A stretch of DNA of 64,000 nucleotides from an uncultured Gemmataceae bacterium (GCA_963750165.1 CAVVPN010000001.1:256001-320000); one strand, 5' to 3'. Positions 43,234 through 54,072 are shown, counted from the first letter of the stretch. A program made the numbers and translations. The notes: generated from the letters alone by a model not told the origin.

Positions 43234-44544
43234 TCAGTCGAATACCAGCTTGATCGCTTCCTGCTGCGTGCTCGGCCACAGATGCCTGTAGCGGCGGGAC
43301 GTGGCCTCGTTCATGTGGCCGCACCACTCCTGGACCAACCGCTGATCGACGCCCTTGCTGGCGCAGGCGCTGACGAACGAATGTCTCAGCGCGTGCAAGC
43401 CCCGCATCGGCTCCCATTTCGTACCTGCCAGAACCCGCTTGAAATGGTCATGCACCTCGTTGCGGGTCAGGGCAACCGGGGTAGACTGCTCCCTGTTCTT
43501 AACCGTTGCCATGCGGCCTTTCAGCGACGAGGGCCGCTTTTTTTCATTCTGGTGGCCGGTGGTCCGACTCCGTTTCTTGCTCCGCTCGACGGTCCCCGCG
43601 TGGCAAAACAGGGCTGGCCCGCCCGGGTGCTGCTTCAGCCAGTCTTCCAACACACTTCGCAAAAACGGGGTCAGCGGCACTCGGCGGGTGGTCCGCTGGC
43701 CCTTGCTGCGCTTCTTTTCCCGGACAGTAACGACGTTGGCGGCGAAGTCAACGTCGGCGACCAAGGCTCGCAGCAATTCCGAACGTCTGGCCCCGGTGTG
43801 GGCGGCGAAGCAGAACAGCGGGTGAATCCACGGGTGGACAGCCTTCTGCTTAACAAGGGCCAACAGTTCGGTCACCTCGACGGCCTGAAGGTACAGACAT
43901 TCCCAGAGCGTGTCTGGGTCTCCGCCAGCGGCGATCTGCCGCATGATCTCGTCCATTGTCATGAACGGCGGTTTTTCGTCGGCCTTGGGGTAACGCAGGC
44001 CCTTATTTGGAAAGCGGCTATCGGTCAGGCCCATTGGCTCGCCCCAATTCCAGGCGCCGCGAAGCGTCGCCACTTCCTTGTGGATGGTGGTCGGGGCCGT
44101 CTTGTCCTTGGTGCGCCGGTTGACGTAATCCTGTAGCTTGCTCAGGGTCAACTCGCCCAGCGGCAGACCGTCGCCCAGCACGCGGCAAAAATGGGTGAGG
44201 TGCAGGCGGCAGGTGTCGAGCGAATTGGCCTCGATGGTGCCGTTGCCGTGGGTGGTCAGGTAGCGGTCTTTCAGGATGGCGAGGGTGACCACCTGGCGCG
44301 GCGCGGCTGGCAGCGTTGGCCCCGCATCCGGCGGGTTGCCGTCGTGCTCGATGAAGGTGACGATGTCCATGCCTTCAGGCAGGACAATCAGTTTTTGCTT
44401 CAGGCGCATCAGCAGGTAATCGACCTGCCGGGCCTTGTTGTCGGCCTCGTCCTTTGCGACTTTACCAATGGTAAAGGTGTGCAGTTTGCCGTGGTGGCAG
44501 AAAAGAATCCGGTAGCTGCCATTCCGCTCTTGCAGAGACGCCAT
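43234..44544 (-). CDS. Tyrosine integrase
   Basis: HTGARRSE, HALRHSF, CGH, RRYRHL; adjacent to the tRNA 3' end. Confidence 0.93.
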   Translation of the reverse strand: MASLQERNGSYRILFCHHGKLHTFTIGKVAKDEADNKARQVDYLLMRLKQKLIVLPEGMDIVTFIEHDGNPPDAGPTLPAAPRQVVTLAILKDRYLTTHGNGTIEANSLDTCRLHLTHFCRVLGDGLPLGELTLSKLQDYVNRRTKDKTAPTTIHKEVATLRGAWNWGEPMGLTDSRFPNKGLRYPKADEKPPFMTMDEIMRQIAAGGDPDTLWECLYLQAVEVTELLALVKQKAVHPWIHPLFCFAAHTGARRSELLRALVADVDFAANVVTVREKKRSKGQRTTRRVPLTPFLRSVLEDWLKQHPGGPALFCHAGTVERSKKRSRTTGHQNEKKRPSSLKGRMATVKNREQSTPVALTRNEVHDHFKRVLAGTKWEPMRGLHALRHSFVSACASKGVDQRLVQEWCGHMNEATSRRYRHLWPSTQQEAIKLVFD

Positions 44545-44669
44545 GCTTCGGCCCTCCGCAGCATCACGCCAATATCAGGTAAACGACTTTACCAAAATTT
44601 TACCAAGGAGGCTGGTCAAGGAGAAGGGCAAGGACTCCGGTTTCGCCGTAAGTCCTTGCCCTGATTGAA

Positions 44670-44755
44670 TGCCGGAGACAGGACTTGAACCTGCACTGCC
44701 AGTAAAGGCAACCAGGCCCTCAACCTGGCGCGTCTGCCAATTCCGCCACTCCGGC
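44670..44755 (-). tRNA. tRNA-Leu(GAG)
   Basis: GCCGGAGTGGCGGAATTGGCAGACGCGCCAGGTTGAGGGCCTGG..long variable arm..GCAGGTTCAAGTCCTGTCTCCGGCA; CCA not encoded. Confidence 0.96.
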
Positions 44756-44800
44756 GCGGGATACTGCTAATTTAGGGGCGTCACCACTGGAAAACAAGGC

Positions 44801-46501
44801 TCACCGCCGCAGCGCCCGCGTGACCCGACTGTTGCTCGCCGTGTACTGCCACACCCGCGCGCCGTTGCGGTCGAACTCCACGGCGCCACGCTCCTTCGTC
44901 ATGGCCGTCACCAATGTGTGGCCGTTCGGCAGCCGCGTCGCGATCACCGGCTGCTCCGTCTCCAACTTCCACACCTCCTTGCCGTCCCGGTCGTATTCGG
45001 ACACCTTGTTCTCCTGGCAGTGCGGCACCAGCACGTTGCCGTTCGCCAACCCCTGAATCCGCCCGCCCGACAGGTGCAGCGCCAGGTTCACCGGGAACGA
45101 CCGCACCACCTTGCGGTCCGCGCTCACGCGCAGTATCCGCGGCTGCTCCCGGTCGTTGAAGCCGGCCGACGCAATCAGGCACAACGACTCGCCGTTCGCC
45201 AACTTCACCGCCTTCATGATGCGCTCGCCGTTCGGCGGCAGGAACGTGAACACCGTCCGGCCCTCGCCGTTGATCTCCAGCAACTGCTGCGCAGTGGCGA
45301 TGAACGTGTGGCCGTTCGCCAGCCGCTGCGCCACCACCGGCCCGATGACCGAGTGCTCCCACTTGATCTTCCCTTCGCGGTCACGCTCCGTCACGCGGTT
45401 GCCTTCGTACTCCGCTACCAGCACCCGGTCGTTGCCCAGCATCTGCACATCCAGCGGCAGCTGCAAGCCACCAATCTGCCACAGAATCTGGTTCCGCGCG
45501 TCCACCTCCAGCACCCGGTTCTCGTCGAGCAACACCAGCAGCGTGTAGTTCAGCGGTCGCGGTTGCGCGCCCAGCTGGGCCAGGTTCGCCTTCTCCTGGT
45601 GGACCGCCCACCACTGCTCCCAGGCATCGCGACACTTCTTGCGCTCCTCGGCCTTGTTGCCCAGCGGCACCGCCGGCACTGCCGACTGACCCTCCGCCAG
45701 GCGGTACAGGATGTCCTCCACCAACTCCACCTCCCGCCGCGGCAGCACCTCCAGCAAACCGATCAGCACCGGCACCGCGTCCCGGTCGCCGGCGTAGGTC
45801 AGCACCGCCGCCGTCCGCAGCCGCACTTCCGGCACCGGGTCGGCAAGCAGCTTGCGCACCGCCGCGCGCTCGCCCTTGACGCCGGCCCGCGTCAACGCCT
45901 CGGCGGCAGCACCGCGCCGCGTCGGCGACCGATCCGCCAGCGCCGTCACCAGCGCCTTGTCCGGCTGGCCGTCGCGCACCGCCAGCGCTGCCAGGCCGAC
46001 GCGGATCGCCTCGGCCACCTCGGCGTTGTCCGCCGCGGGTAGGTAGCCTAGCAGCGCCACCACTGCCGCCGCCGGCTTCCGCGCTGTCAGCAGCCGCGCC
46101 GCGGCCGCCGCCACCTCCGGCGCGACTTCCTGCTCCTGAATCTTCTGGATGCAGCAACCCACCCGCCGCACGATCTCCGGGTCCGCGTCCTTCAGGCTCT
46201 CTCGCAGCTGGCCCAGCACTACCGGGCCGCGCGCCATCAGCGCCGCCATCGCGTCCTCGCGCACCCGAAACGCGCGGGCGCCCAGCTGGCGGATCAATTT
46301 CTCCACCTGCGCGTATTCGTCGTCCGAGAGCGTGCGTTTGCGGAAGAACTCCAGCAGCGCCGCGTCGTCCGCTTTCAGACCCACGGCCTGCAGCCGGGCC
46401 TCGTCCGAGTCCGTCTTCCCGTTGGCGTCCACCGCCGTCAGGGGCACCAGGCCGCCGAGCAGCAGCCCACCCAGCAACCACAGCATCCGGGTAACGTGCA
46501 T
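44801..46501 (-). CDS. Secreted HEAT-repeat + PQQ-like beta-propeller protein (paralog 1)
   Basis: Signal peptide, HEAT-like helices, repeated RLxNGHT(F/L)I/V and W-containing blades. Confidence 0.85.
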   Translation of the reverse strand: MHVTRMLWLLGGLLLGGLVPLTAVDANGKTDSDEARLQAVGLKADDAALLEFFRKRTLSDDEYAQVEKLIRQLGARAFRVREDAMAALMARGPVVLGQLRESLKDADPEIVRRVGCCIQKIQEQEVAPEVAAAAARLLTARKPAAAVVALLGYLPAADNAEVAEAIRVGLAALAVRDGQPDKALVTALADRSPTRRGAAAEALTRAGVKGERAAVRKLLADPVPEVRLRTAAVLTYAGDRDAVPVLIGLLEVLPRREVELVEDILYRLAEGQSAVPAVPLGNKAEERKKCRDAWEQWWAVHQEKANLAQLGAQPRPLNYTLLVLLDENRVLEVDARNQILWQIGGLQLPLDVQMLGNDRVLVAEYEGNRVTERDREGKIKWEHSVIGPVVAQRLANGHTFIATAQQLLEINGEGRTVFTFLPPNGERIMKAVKLANGESLCLIASAGFNDREQPRILRVSADRKVVRSFPVNLALHLSGGRIQGLANGNVLVPHCQENKVSEYDRDGKEVWKLETEQPVIATRLPNGHTLVTAMTKERGAVEFDRNGARVWQYTASNSRVTRALRR

Positions 46502-46559
46502 GGTCCTATTCCTTCCGGCACAGGGGCGTGCCCTTGTTCACCGTTCTGGTTGCCTGTTC

Positions 46560-46587
46560 GTGGGGCAGACAGGAATGCCTGTCCCAC
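46560..46587. repeat. REP-like palindrome
   Basis: GTGGGGCAGACAGGAATGCCTGTCCCAC; half copy GTCTGCCCCAC at 48400. Confidence 0.65.
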
Positions 46588-46592
46588 GGGGT

Positions 46593-48257
46593 TCAGCGAC
46601 GGCGGATGCGATACGGCCGGCCGTCGGTGACGAATTCACTCACCACAGCGCCGGCCCGGTTGATCTCCACCGCCCGCTGCTGGCGCATGCTGACCACCAG
46701 CACGTTGCCGTTGGCCAACCGTGACACCGAGGTCGGCATCGTCGTCTCGACCTGCCAGCGCGGCTTGCCCTGCAGATCGTACTCCACCACCCGGTCGTCG
46801 GCGTACTCCGGCACCAGGACGTGGCCGTTCGGTAGCACCTCGATGTTGCCGCCGAGGTTGTACACCAGACCCACCGGGAAACTATGCAGCACCTTGTTCG
46901 TGCCAGCCTCCAGTCGCCGGCATTCACCAGCGGTCACCAGCACGATCTGGCCGTTGCGCAGTTTCTGGGCACCCGCGATGCTCGTCGTCGTCGGCTGGTG
47001 ACGCCAGACTTCCTGACCGCGGCGGTCCACCTCCACCAGCTGGCTGCGCGTGACGATGAAGGTGTGGCCGTTGGCCAACCGCTGGCAGGCGATCGGCTGG
47101 TCCACCGCGAACTCCCAGAGCATTTTACCGGCGAAGTCGCGCTCCGTGACACGGCGGTCGTAATATTCCGCGATCAGCACCCGGTTGTGGCCCACCACCT
47201 GGGCGTCAATGGCGTAGCGGAGCTGGCCGATCTCCCAGCGCACCTGCTTGTTCGGCCCCAGCTCGAAGACGCGGCCCAGTGCCGACTTTTTCTTGCCCTC
47301 CGCCTGGCTGACGAGGGTGTAGCCCAGCATTTTCGGTCCCGCGGCCCATTTTTCCAGGTCCAGGGCGGCGCCGTGCTTCTTCCACCACGCTCGCCACAGT
47401 GCCTGCACCTCCGCGGCGGGCGTGCGGCGGCTCACGACGGCGTTGGGCGATTGCTCCCCGGCCAGGCGGAACAGCGTTTCCTCCGCCTGCCACACTTCTG
47501 CCGTGGGCAACTCGCGCAGCAGGTCGATCAACAGCGGGACGCCCACTTTTTGACGGGTCTCCACCAGGGCCACGGCCACTGGCAGCCGCTGCGCCGGCGG
47601 CAAGCCCGGGATGACCTGGAGCACGTCCGGCAGTTTGGCCGCCACACCGGCCCGCAACAGGGCCTCCGCGGCGGCGGAACGTCGCAGCTTCAACGAGTCC
47701 GCCAGCGCCGCCACGACCGCCGGCTCCGGTTTGCCGTCCCGCACCGCGACCGCACTCAGGGCGGCCCGCGCCTCCTCCAGCACGCTGTCGTCGGCGATGT
47801 GCGGCAGGTACGCCAGCAGTGCCGCAGCGGCGCCGGCCGGCTTGCGGTCGGCCAGCAAGCGCAGGGCGGCCTCGGCCAGTTCGGGCTCCGTGCCGGCGGG
47901 AATCTTCTGGAACAGCACCCCGGCGCGACGGGCGATTTCGCGGTCGGTGTGCTCGGCGGCCTGGCGCAGCTGGGCGCGGGCGGCTGGGCCGAGCTTCAGC
48001 AGCGCCGCGCCGGCCTTCTCGCGCGCCGCGAATTTGCCGGCGCCCAGCGCCGCGATCAGGGCCTGAACCTTCTGGTCCTGCGCCGGCGGCGGAGTGCGCT
48101 CCTTCACGAACTGGAGCAGTGCCGGGCCGGCCGTGCCGAGCTTGGCCTGCTTCAGCGACCGTTCCGCTTCCTGGACGGCCGCTTCCCGGTCGCCGGCGGC
48201 GAACGCCGGTGCCAGCGGCAGCCACCAGAGCAGCGTGAGTGCGGTGAGCGGACGCAT
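46593..48257 (-). CDS. Secreted HEAT-repeat + beta-propeller protein (paralog 2)
   Basis: Same architecture; start MRPLTALTLLWW at 48257. Confidence 0.85.
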   Translation of the reverse strand: MRPLTALTLLWWLPLAPAFAAGDREAAVQEAERSLKQAKLGTAGPALLQFVKERTPPPAQDQKVQALIAALGAGKFAAREKAGAALLKLGPAARAQLRQAAEHTDREIARRAGVLFQKIPAGTEPELAEAALRLLADRKPAGAAAALLAYLPHIADDSVLEEARAALSAVAVRDGKPEPAVVAALADSLKLRRSAAAEALLRAGVAAKLPDVLQVIPGLPPAQRLPVAVALVETRQKVGVPLLIDLLRELPTAEVWQAEETLFRLAGEQSPNAVVSRRTPAAEVQALWRAWWKKHGAALDLEKWAAGPKMLGYTLVSQAEGKKKSALGRVFELGPNKQVRWEIGQLRYAIDAQVVGHNRVLIAEYYDRRVTERDFAGKMLWEFAVDQPIACQRLANGHTFIVTRSQLVEVDRRGQEVWRHQPTTTSIAGAQKLRNGQIVLVTAGECRRLEAGTNKVLHSFPVGLVYNLGGNIEVLPNGHVLVPEYADDRVVEYDLQGKPRWQVETTMPTSVSRLANGNVLVVSMRQQRAVEINRAGAVVSEFVTDGRPYRIRRR

Positions 48258-48293
48258 CGCATGGGGTTCCTTGGGAGAGTGCCTTTCCATCAA

Positions 48294-48410
48294 GTTGTGG
48301 CACGGTCTCCGGACGTGCCTCAAGTTGTGGCACGGTCTCCGGACCGTGCCACAACGGGTGGAGACCGTGCCACAACGGGTGAAGACCGTGCCACAACGGG
48401 TCTGCCCCAC
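48294..48410. repeat. REP/BIME-like cluster
   Basis: GTTGTGGCACGGTCTCCGGAC twice, then GACCGTGCCACAACGGGT three times (inverted partners). Confidence 0.8.
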
Positions 48411-48432
48411 GTAGAAGCGGCAGACACCATTC

Positions 48433-50190
48433 TCAGCGCCGTCGCGCCGCGTAGAGCATGCTCGTGTTATCCAGTTCGATCACGCCCACCTGCTGGCCGT
48501 TGGCGTCCAGTTCCACGATGGGGCGCCGCCCCTGAGCGTTGTACTGATTACTGGCGACCAGCGTGTGCCCGTTCGGCAGTCGCTGCACCGAGAACGGCTG
48601 CAACACGGTCGCCTCCCATTTCTTGTTGCCGTCCCTGTCGAATTCCGCGATCTTGTTGTTCTGATACAGGTTGACCAGCAGGTTGCCGTTCGGCAGCACG
48701 TCCACGCAGCCGAAGCGAGCGCCAAGGTTGCTCCCCAGGTTGAACGTCTTGACCACCTGGTTGGTTTTCGGGTCGATGCGCAGCACCTGGCCCTGCTGTG
48801 TGATGAGCAGTGCCTCGCCGCTGGGCAGCTTGGCTCCGCGGAAGCAGTCGGAGTTCATGCGGTCATGGCGGAACACTTCCTTGCCCTGACGGTCATACTC
48901 CACCACGCCGTTGTTCATCACCACGAAGGTGTGGCCGTTGGGCAACCGTCGGGCCGACACCGGGTTGTTCGGCACCGTCTTCTCCCACTTGACGTTGCCC
49001 CGGAAGTCGCGCTCGGTGATGCGCACGGCGCTGTACTCTGTAATCAACACGCGGTTGGGGCCGATCACCTGGGCGTCCACCGCCATGACGTTGAGGGGCA
49101 GTTCGATGGTCCAGCGCGGCTTGCCGTGCTGGTCCAGTTCCAGCACCTGGACGTGTGGCGGGACGCGAACGTTGTTGACAATGCGCGAGAGCGTTTGCCG
49201 CACTACCAGCGTGTAGCCGACCTGCGTTTTGTCCCAATCGATCTTCGCCAGGTCTACGCCGCCGCGGGCCTTCTGCCACCACTCGCCCCAGGCCTGGGCC
49301 GCCGTCTTGCGGCCATCGGCGTCGCTGCCCAGGACCACCTTCGGAGCGTCCTTGCCGGCCAGGCGCAGCAGCACCTCCTCCGCGGTGGCCAGTTCCTCCG
49401 GCGTCAGGTGACCCACCGCCTCGACCAGCGGCGCGACCGCATCATTGTCCTTGTAGTCGATCAGTGCCAGGGCCACGCGCAACCGCACCTGCGGGTCGGG
49501 GTCCTTCAGCAGCGGTTTCAGCCTGGGCAGCAACTGCTTGGCGCCGGCGCGGAGCAGGGCCGCGGCGGCAGCGGCGCGGCGGACGGCGGCGGCATCCCCG
49601 ACCGCCTTGAGGATCGCCGGCTCCGGCTTGCCGTCGCGCAGCGCTAGCAGAACCAGGGCGTCGCCCACCTCATCGGTAACCGGATAGTTGGCGGCGTAGG
49701 GCAGGAAGGCGAGCAGCACTTCGGCGGCGCTGGCCGGCTTGCGGGCGCTCAGCAGGCGGACGGCGGCGGACTGTACGGTCGGGTTCACCTTCTCCTCGAT
49801 GCCGCGCACCAGGGCCGACACGCGCCGCAGTTTTTCGGCCTGGCCGTCCGGCGCGTCCCGCAACTTCGCTTCCGCGTCGCGCAGCGCCGGCAGCAGGGCG
49901 CCGCCGTAGGCCATCAGTTTGGTGTGGGCGGTTTCCCGGACCTTGAACGACTTGTTGCCGAGGTCGTGGATCAGGCTGGCGATGACCTTGGGTTCGGGCG
50001 GCGTGTGGGTCAGCTGGCGGAAGTAGAGCAGCAGGGCCTCGTCGCCGGTGCCGAGTTTCACGTCGAGGAGGATTTTTTCGTCGGCCTTGATGGCCTCCGC
50101 GGTGGGCGGCTGGAGGGGAGGCGGTTGCGCAGCGGCGACCGTCGCCAGCAGCAGACCGGCCAGGGGGACAAGAGGGAAGGCCAAACGCAT
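48433..50190 (-). CDS. Secreted HEAT-repeat + beta-propeller protein (paralog 3)
   Basis: Same architecture; start MRLAFPLVPLAGLLL at 50190. Confidence 0.85.
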   Translation of the reverse strand: MRLAFPLVPLAGLLLATVAAAQPPPLQPPTAEAIKADEKILLDVKLGTGDEALLLYFRQLTHTPPEPKVIASLIHDLGNKSFKVRETAHTKLMAYGGALLPALRDAEAKLRDAPDGQAEKLRRVSALVRGIEEKVNPTVQSAAVRLLSARKPASAAEVLLAFLPYAANYPVTDEVGDALVLLALRDGKPEPAILKAVGDAAAVRRAAAAAALLRAGAKQLLPRLKPLLKDPDPQVRLRVALALIDYKDNDAVAPLVEAVGHLTPEELATAEEVLLRLAGKDAPKVVLGSDADGRKTAAQAWGEWWQKARGGVDLAKIDWDKTQVGYTLVVRQTLSRIVNNVRVPPHVQVLELDQHGKPRWTIELPLNVMAVDAQVIGPNRVLITEYSAVRITERDFRGNVKWEKTVPNNPVSARRLPNGHTFVVMNNGVVEYDRQGKEVFRHDRMNSDCFRGAKLPSGEALLITQQGQVLRIDPKTNQVVKTFNLGSNLGARFGCVDVLPNGNLLVNLYQNNKIAEFDRDGNKKWEATVLQPFSVQRLPNGHTLVASNQYNAQGRRPIVELDANGQQVGVIELDNTSMLYAARRR

Positions 50191-50426
50191 AGCGCAATTC
50201 CTTGCCGGGGCGATTGCTTCAAACCTCTCAATCATCATAAACGATCCTGTCCGGGTGGGGGAGAGAAAAACTTTGGGGTAATCGGTGGCGCGGCCTGGGA
50301 GGACTGGGGCGGCGCGGCGAGTCCGGGGAAACTGGTTGAGGCGGGCGGCTGCCTCGTCTTATAATGAGACGAGTGATTTCCCTCGTACCCACTCGGTGCA
50401 TGGGTATGAGACACAGGAGACCGATC

Positions 50427-53400
50427 ATGGCCACCGACCTCGGGCCCGCCACGAAACCCGCGTCCGCCCAGAAGTACGAAGCGTTCGTGGAGGAGCAATT
50501 GTCCCGGGCCCGGCGGCGCATCCGCTCGCAGGACCTGGCCGCCGGCTTCCTGGTGCTGCTCTCCAGCCTGGTGCTCTACCTGTTCATCGTCGGCCTGCTC
50601 GACCGCGCCTATACCCTGTCCGCCGGGGTGCGCGGCGCCGCGCTGGTGTTCTACGCCCTGGGCGCTCTGGCCTACGCTGGCCGGCTGGGCTGGCGGCTGT
50701 TCCGCCTGGAGGTCAACCCCTACTTCGCCGCCCGCCGCCTGGAGGAAACGCTGCCGGCGACCAAGAACAGCGTGGTCAACTGGCTCGACCTGCGCGGCGT
50801 ATCGCTGCCGGCCGCCATCCGCGGCTCGCTGGGCCGCCGGGCCGCGAAGGATTTGACGCAGGCCGACCTGGACCAGGCTGTCAGTCCACGCCGCGTCTGG
50901 TGGCTGGCCGGCGCGTCGGCGGTGCTCGTGGTGGCGCTGCTGGCGTGGTTCGCCCTGAGCCCCGGACAGTTCGCGTCGCTGGCGCACCGCGCCCTGGCCC
51001 CATTCGACGGCATCGGCATCGCCACTTCAACCCAGCTGGAACTGCTCAATCCGAAGCACGGCGACCTTGTGCTCAGCCGTGAACAGGACGTGCCGGTGCG
51101 TGTCAAGATCACCGGCCGCGTCCCGGGCGTCAACGAGAGTGATTCGCCAAGAATCCTCTATCGCTACACCACCGCTGGCCGCCCGGTCGAGCGGCTGCTG
51201 GAGCGCGACCCGCGCAACAACGGCGAATGGACGTTCCTGGTCAAGCGTGATCTGATCCGCACCGGCCTGTTCTACAAGCTCACCGCCGGCGACGCCGAGA
51301 CGCGGGAGCACAAGATCGAGGTGGTCGCCGCCCCGCAGGCGCTGCGCTGGCAGGTGACGTATCAGCCGCGCAGCTATCTCGGCATGGCGAACGACGCCTT
51401 CGAGGTGCCGAATGTCGAGCGCAAACTGTACGTGCCAAACCTGCGGCACTTCCGCGGCACCACGGTCACGCTGGTGGCGCGGACGAACCGCCCCTGGCAT
51501 CAGGGCAACCTGGACGTGACGCAGGGGCCGGATCGCAAACTGCTGCCCGGCGAGCCCGTGGCCGGTGACCCGCAGGCGCGGCAGTTCCAGTTTGTGCTGA
51601 ACCGCGCCGGCACGTTTCGACTGCTGTTCAAGACCTCGGACGGTGAGGCGAACGTGGACCGCGAGTTGTACAGGATCGAGGTCGTTGAGGACGAGGCGCC
51701 GCTGGTGACGCTGACGCGGCCGGAGAAGGACATCGAGCTGCCGGCCAACGGCACCCTGCAAGCGACCGGCTTCGCCGAGGACAAGGTGGGCGTCAAGGGC
51801 ATGCGGCTACACCTGCAGGTCATCAAGGGCAAGGACGCGGGCTTTTTGCAGCCGAAGGCGTATCGAGCCGGCCATTCGTTCCAGCTGGTGGACAAAAGCT
51901 ATTCGAAGAAGCTGGAGTATCAGGATTTCGTGGCGCTGCCGGAACTGAAGACCAAGCGCAGCGCGCCGGTGCGGCTGGCGAAGGGCGACGTGCTGGAATG
52001 CTGGCTGGAGGCGGACGACGCCTGCGACTTCCCGGAGCCGGGCGGCAACGTCGGCAAGAGCGTGCGCCGCACGATCAAGATCACCGACCCGCAGAAGAAC
52101 GACCAGGCGCAGCAGCAGCGCCAGCAGGCGGCGAAGCAGCAGCAGCAGCATCAGCAGCAGCAGGATCAGCAGCAAAAAAAAGAGAACGACGACATCAAGC
52201 AACAGCAACAGGGTGGCGGCCAGGGCTTGAGCAAGCAGCAGAAGCAGGATGTGGACAAGAAGGCGGAAGACGTGGAGAAGGCCGCGAAGGAGCAGCAGAA
52301 GCAGGAGAACGCCAAGGGCAACGCCAAGGGGGCCGAGGGCAACGACGGCAAGGGTCAGGATCAGAACCCGCAGCAGCAGAACCAGCAGGGCGCGAGCAAG
52401 GAAGCGGGCCAGGACGGCGGCAACGCCAAGGGCCAGGACCAGGGCAACGGTCAGCCGAACGGCGCCGACAAGTCCAGCGAGTCCAAGGGCGGCGGCGATG
52501 ACAAGGGGCAAAAGGATAAGAAGGGCGATGCCAAGGACGGTGGCAACGACAAGGGGCAGCAGAACAACGCCGGCGGCAGCAAGGCGGGCGCGCCGGACAA
52601 GATGAGCGGTGGCGGCGGTGCCGACAAGAAGGAGGGCACCGGGGACGCGCAGGGCGGCGGCGCGGGCCAGGCCCGGGACAGCGGTATGGGTCAGGACAAG
52701 GGGCCGAAAGCCGCCGACAAGTCGCCGCCGCAGGACCAGGCCGGCGCGGGCGGCAAGGATAAGGGTGATGGCAGTGGGCAGGGCGCTGCGAGCCAGGCCA
52801 AGGGCGATTCGCACGCGCCGCCGCAACCGGGGCAGAACGGCCAGGGGGCGACCAAGGGCGACCCGCAGGACAACGGGGGGGGACAGGCCGGCGGTCAGGC
52901 CCGGCCGGAGAACCGCGATCCGCAGGGTAACGGCCAGGCGGCGAGCAAGGGCGCCAACCCGGACGGCCTGAAGACCGCAGGTGCGGGCAAGAACGACCAG
53001 CGCGCGGGTGGCGGCCAGGGTGGGTCGGATCGGAAAATCACCCGGGAGGACGTGGAGTTACTGGCCAAGGCCATGAAGGAACTGCCGAACGCGAAGGACC
53101 GCGAGCACGCCGAGAAAGGGCTGGAGTTCGTGCGCGACATGGCCCCGGACGCGGAGGTGCGTCAGGCCGCCGAGGACGCGCTGAAGAAGGCCGGCAAGGG
53201 CCACCGCTACGAGCCCGCCGGCGCCAAGGACGCCGGCGCGAAGGAGGAGAAGGCGCCGGCGAACGCGAAGGTCAAGGGCACGCCAGTGGACGAGAAGGCG
53301 AAGCAACCCACCGCCACCGCCAAGGATCAGTCGCCTCAGCAGGGCGAGGCGGGCAAGAAGAAGGAAGGCGAAGGCCAGACCCAGGGCAAGCAGGCGAGCA

Positions 53401-53855
53401 CGGCGAAGACCAAGGGCGACAGCGGCATGGGTGGCAGTAATCGTCAGAACGCGCTCGGTGTGCTGGACGCGATCAAGCCGAACCCGGTGAACCTCAAGGC
53501 GGCGCTGCACGCGGGCAACCTGCAACTGGAGGGCCTGCCCGAGGAGTTGCGGAAGTTACAGAAGCGGCTCAACTGGTCGGATCAGGAACTGGCGAACTTC
53601 GTCCGCGACATGCAGACGTACGACCGCGAACTGCGGGCGAAGTCCCGGCCGAAGAAGAAGGCGACGACGCCGGAGCAGTTGATCGGCGGCTATCGCGGCC
53701 CGGGGCTGGGGCCGCAGCAGATCGGCGGCGGCACGCAGAAACTGAACACGGAGCGCGGCGGCGGGGCCAGGCCGCCGGAGTTCGAGGACGCTTATTTGCG
53801 CTTCACCACGTCGGATCGCACCGCGACGGACTCGAGGAAAACGCCGCCGAAGTGA
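50427..53855 (+). CDS. Large membrane protein, DUF4175-like, with Gln/Gly/Lys/Asp-rich tail
   Basis: 3 N-terminal TMs, AARRLEETLP..KNSVVNWLDL, Ig-like beta region, long low-complexity C-terminus. Confidence 0.75.
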   Translation: MATDLGPATKPASAQKYEAFVEEQLSRARRRIRSQDLAAGFLVLLSSLVLYLFIVGLLDRAYTLSAGVRGAALVFYALGALAYAGRLGWRLFRLEVNPYFAARRLEETLPATKNSVVNWLDLRGVSLPAAIRGSLGRRAAKDLTQADLDQAVSPRRVWWLAGASAVLVVALLAWFALSPGQFASLAHRALAPFDGIGIATSTQLELLNPKHGDLVLSREQDVPVRVKITGRVPGVNESDSPRILYRYTTAGRPVERLLERDPRNNGEWTFLVKRDLIRTGLFYKLTAGDAETREHKIEVVAAPQALRWQVTYQPRSYLGMANDAFEVPNVERKLYVPNLRHFRGTTVTLVARTNRPWHQGNLDVTQGPDRKLLPGEPVAGDPQARQFQFVLNRAGTFRLLFKTSDGEANVDRELYRIEVVEDEAPLVTLTRPEKDIELPANGTLQATGFAEDKVGVKGMRLHLQVIKGKDAGFLQPKAYRAGHSFQLVDKSYSKKLEYQDFVALPELKTKRSAPVRLAKGDVLECWLEADDACDFPEPGGNVGKSVRRTIKITDPQKNDQAQQQRQQAAKQQQQHQQQQDQQQKKENDDIKQQQQGGGQGLSKQQKQDVDKKAEDVEKAAKEQQKQENAKGNAKGAEGNDGKGQDQNPQQQNQQGASKEAGQDGGNAKGQDQGNGQPNGADKSSESKGGGDDKGQKDKKGDAKDGGNDKGQQNNAGGSKAGAPDKMSGGGGADKKEGTGDAQGGGAGQARDSGMGQDKGPKAADKSPPQDQAGAGGKDKGDGSGQGAASQAKGDSHAPPQPGQNGQGATKGDPQDNGGGQAGGQARPENRDPQGNGQAASKGANPDGLKTAGAGKNDQRAGGGQGGSDRKITREDVELLAKAMKELPNAKDREHAEKGLEFVRDMAPDAEVRQAAEDALKKAGKGHRYEPAGAKDAGAKEEKAPANAKVKGTPVDEKAKQPTATAKDQSPQQGEAGKKKEGEGQTQGKQASTAKTKGDSGMGGSNRQNALGVLDAIKPNPVNLKAALHAGNLQLEGLPEELRKLQKRLNWSDQELANFVRDMQTYDRELRAKSRPKKKATTPEQLIGGYRGPGLGPQQIGGGTQKLNTERGGGARPPEFEDAYLRFTTSDRTATDSRKTPPK

Positions 53856-53988
53856 TCGCGCTCTGGAGAAAACCGCGCCGCTCGCCAAACCCGACAGCAG
53901 GCGTGTATAAAATACAGACCCAAGTAGTTGTCAAGGGAAGATTTTTTCCGCCTTGACAAGTTGCGGGCATACCCGTCTACTCCTGAAA

Positions 53989-54072
53989 TATGCTGACCGG
54001 CGCCTGGGATATGCGAGCCGGCACCCGCAATATGCTGACCGGCGCCCGGGATATGCGAGCCGGCGCCGGTCA
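53989..54072 (+). repeat. 4 x 21-bp tandem repeat
   Basis: TATGCTGACCGGCGCCTGGGA / TATGCGAGCCGGCACCCGCAA / TATGCTGACCGGCGCCCGGGA / TATGCGAGCCGGCGCCGGTCA. Confidence 0.85.

Noticed and set aside
48294..48410. Repeat cluster as a CRISPR array or as the coding N-terminus of the 46593-48410 ORF
   Set aside because: Units are adjacent palindromic halves without unique spacers; the signal peptide starts at 48257.
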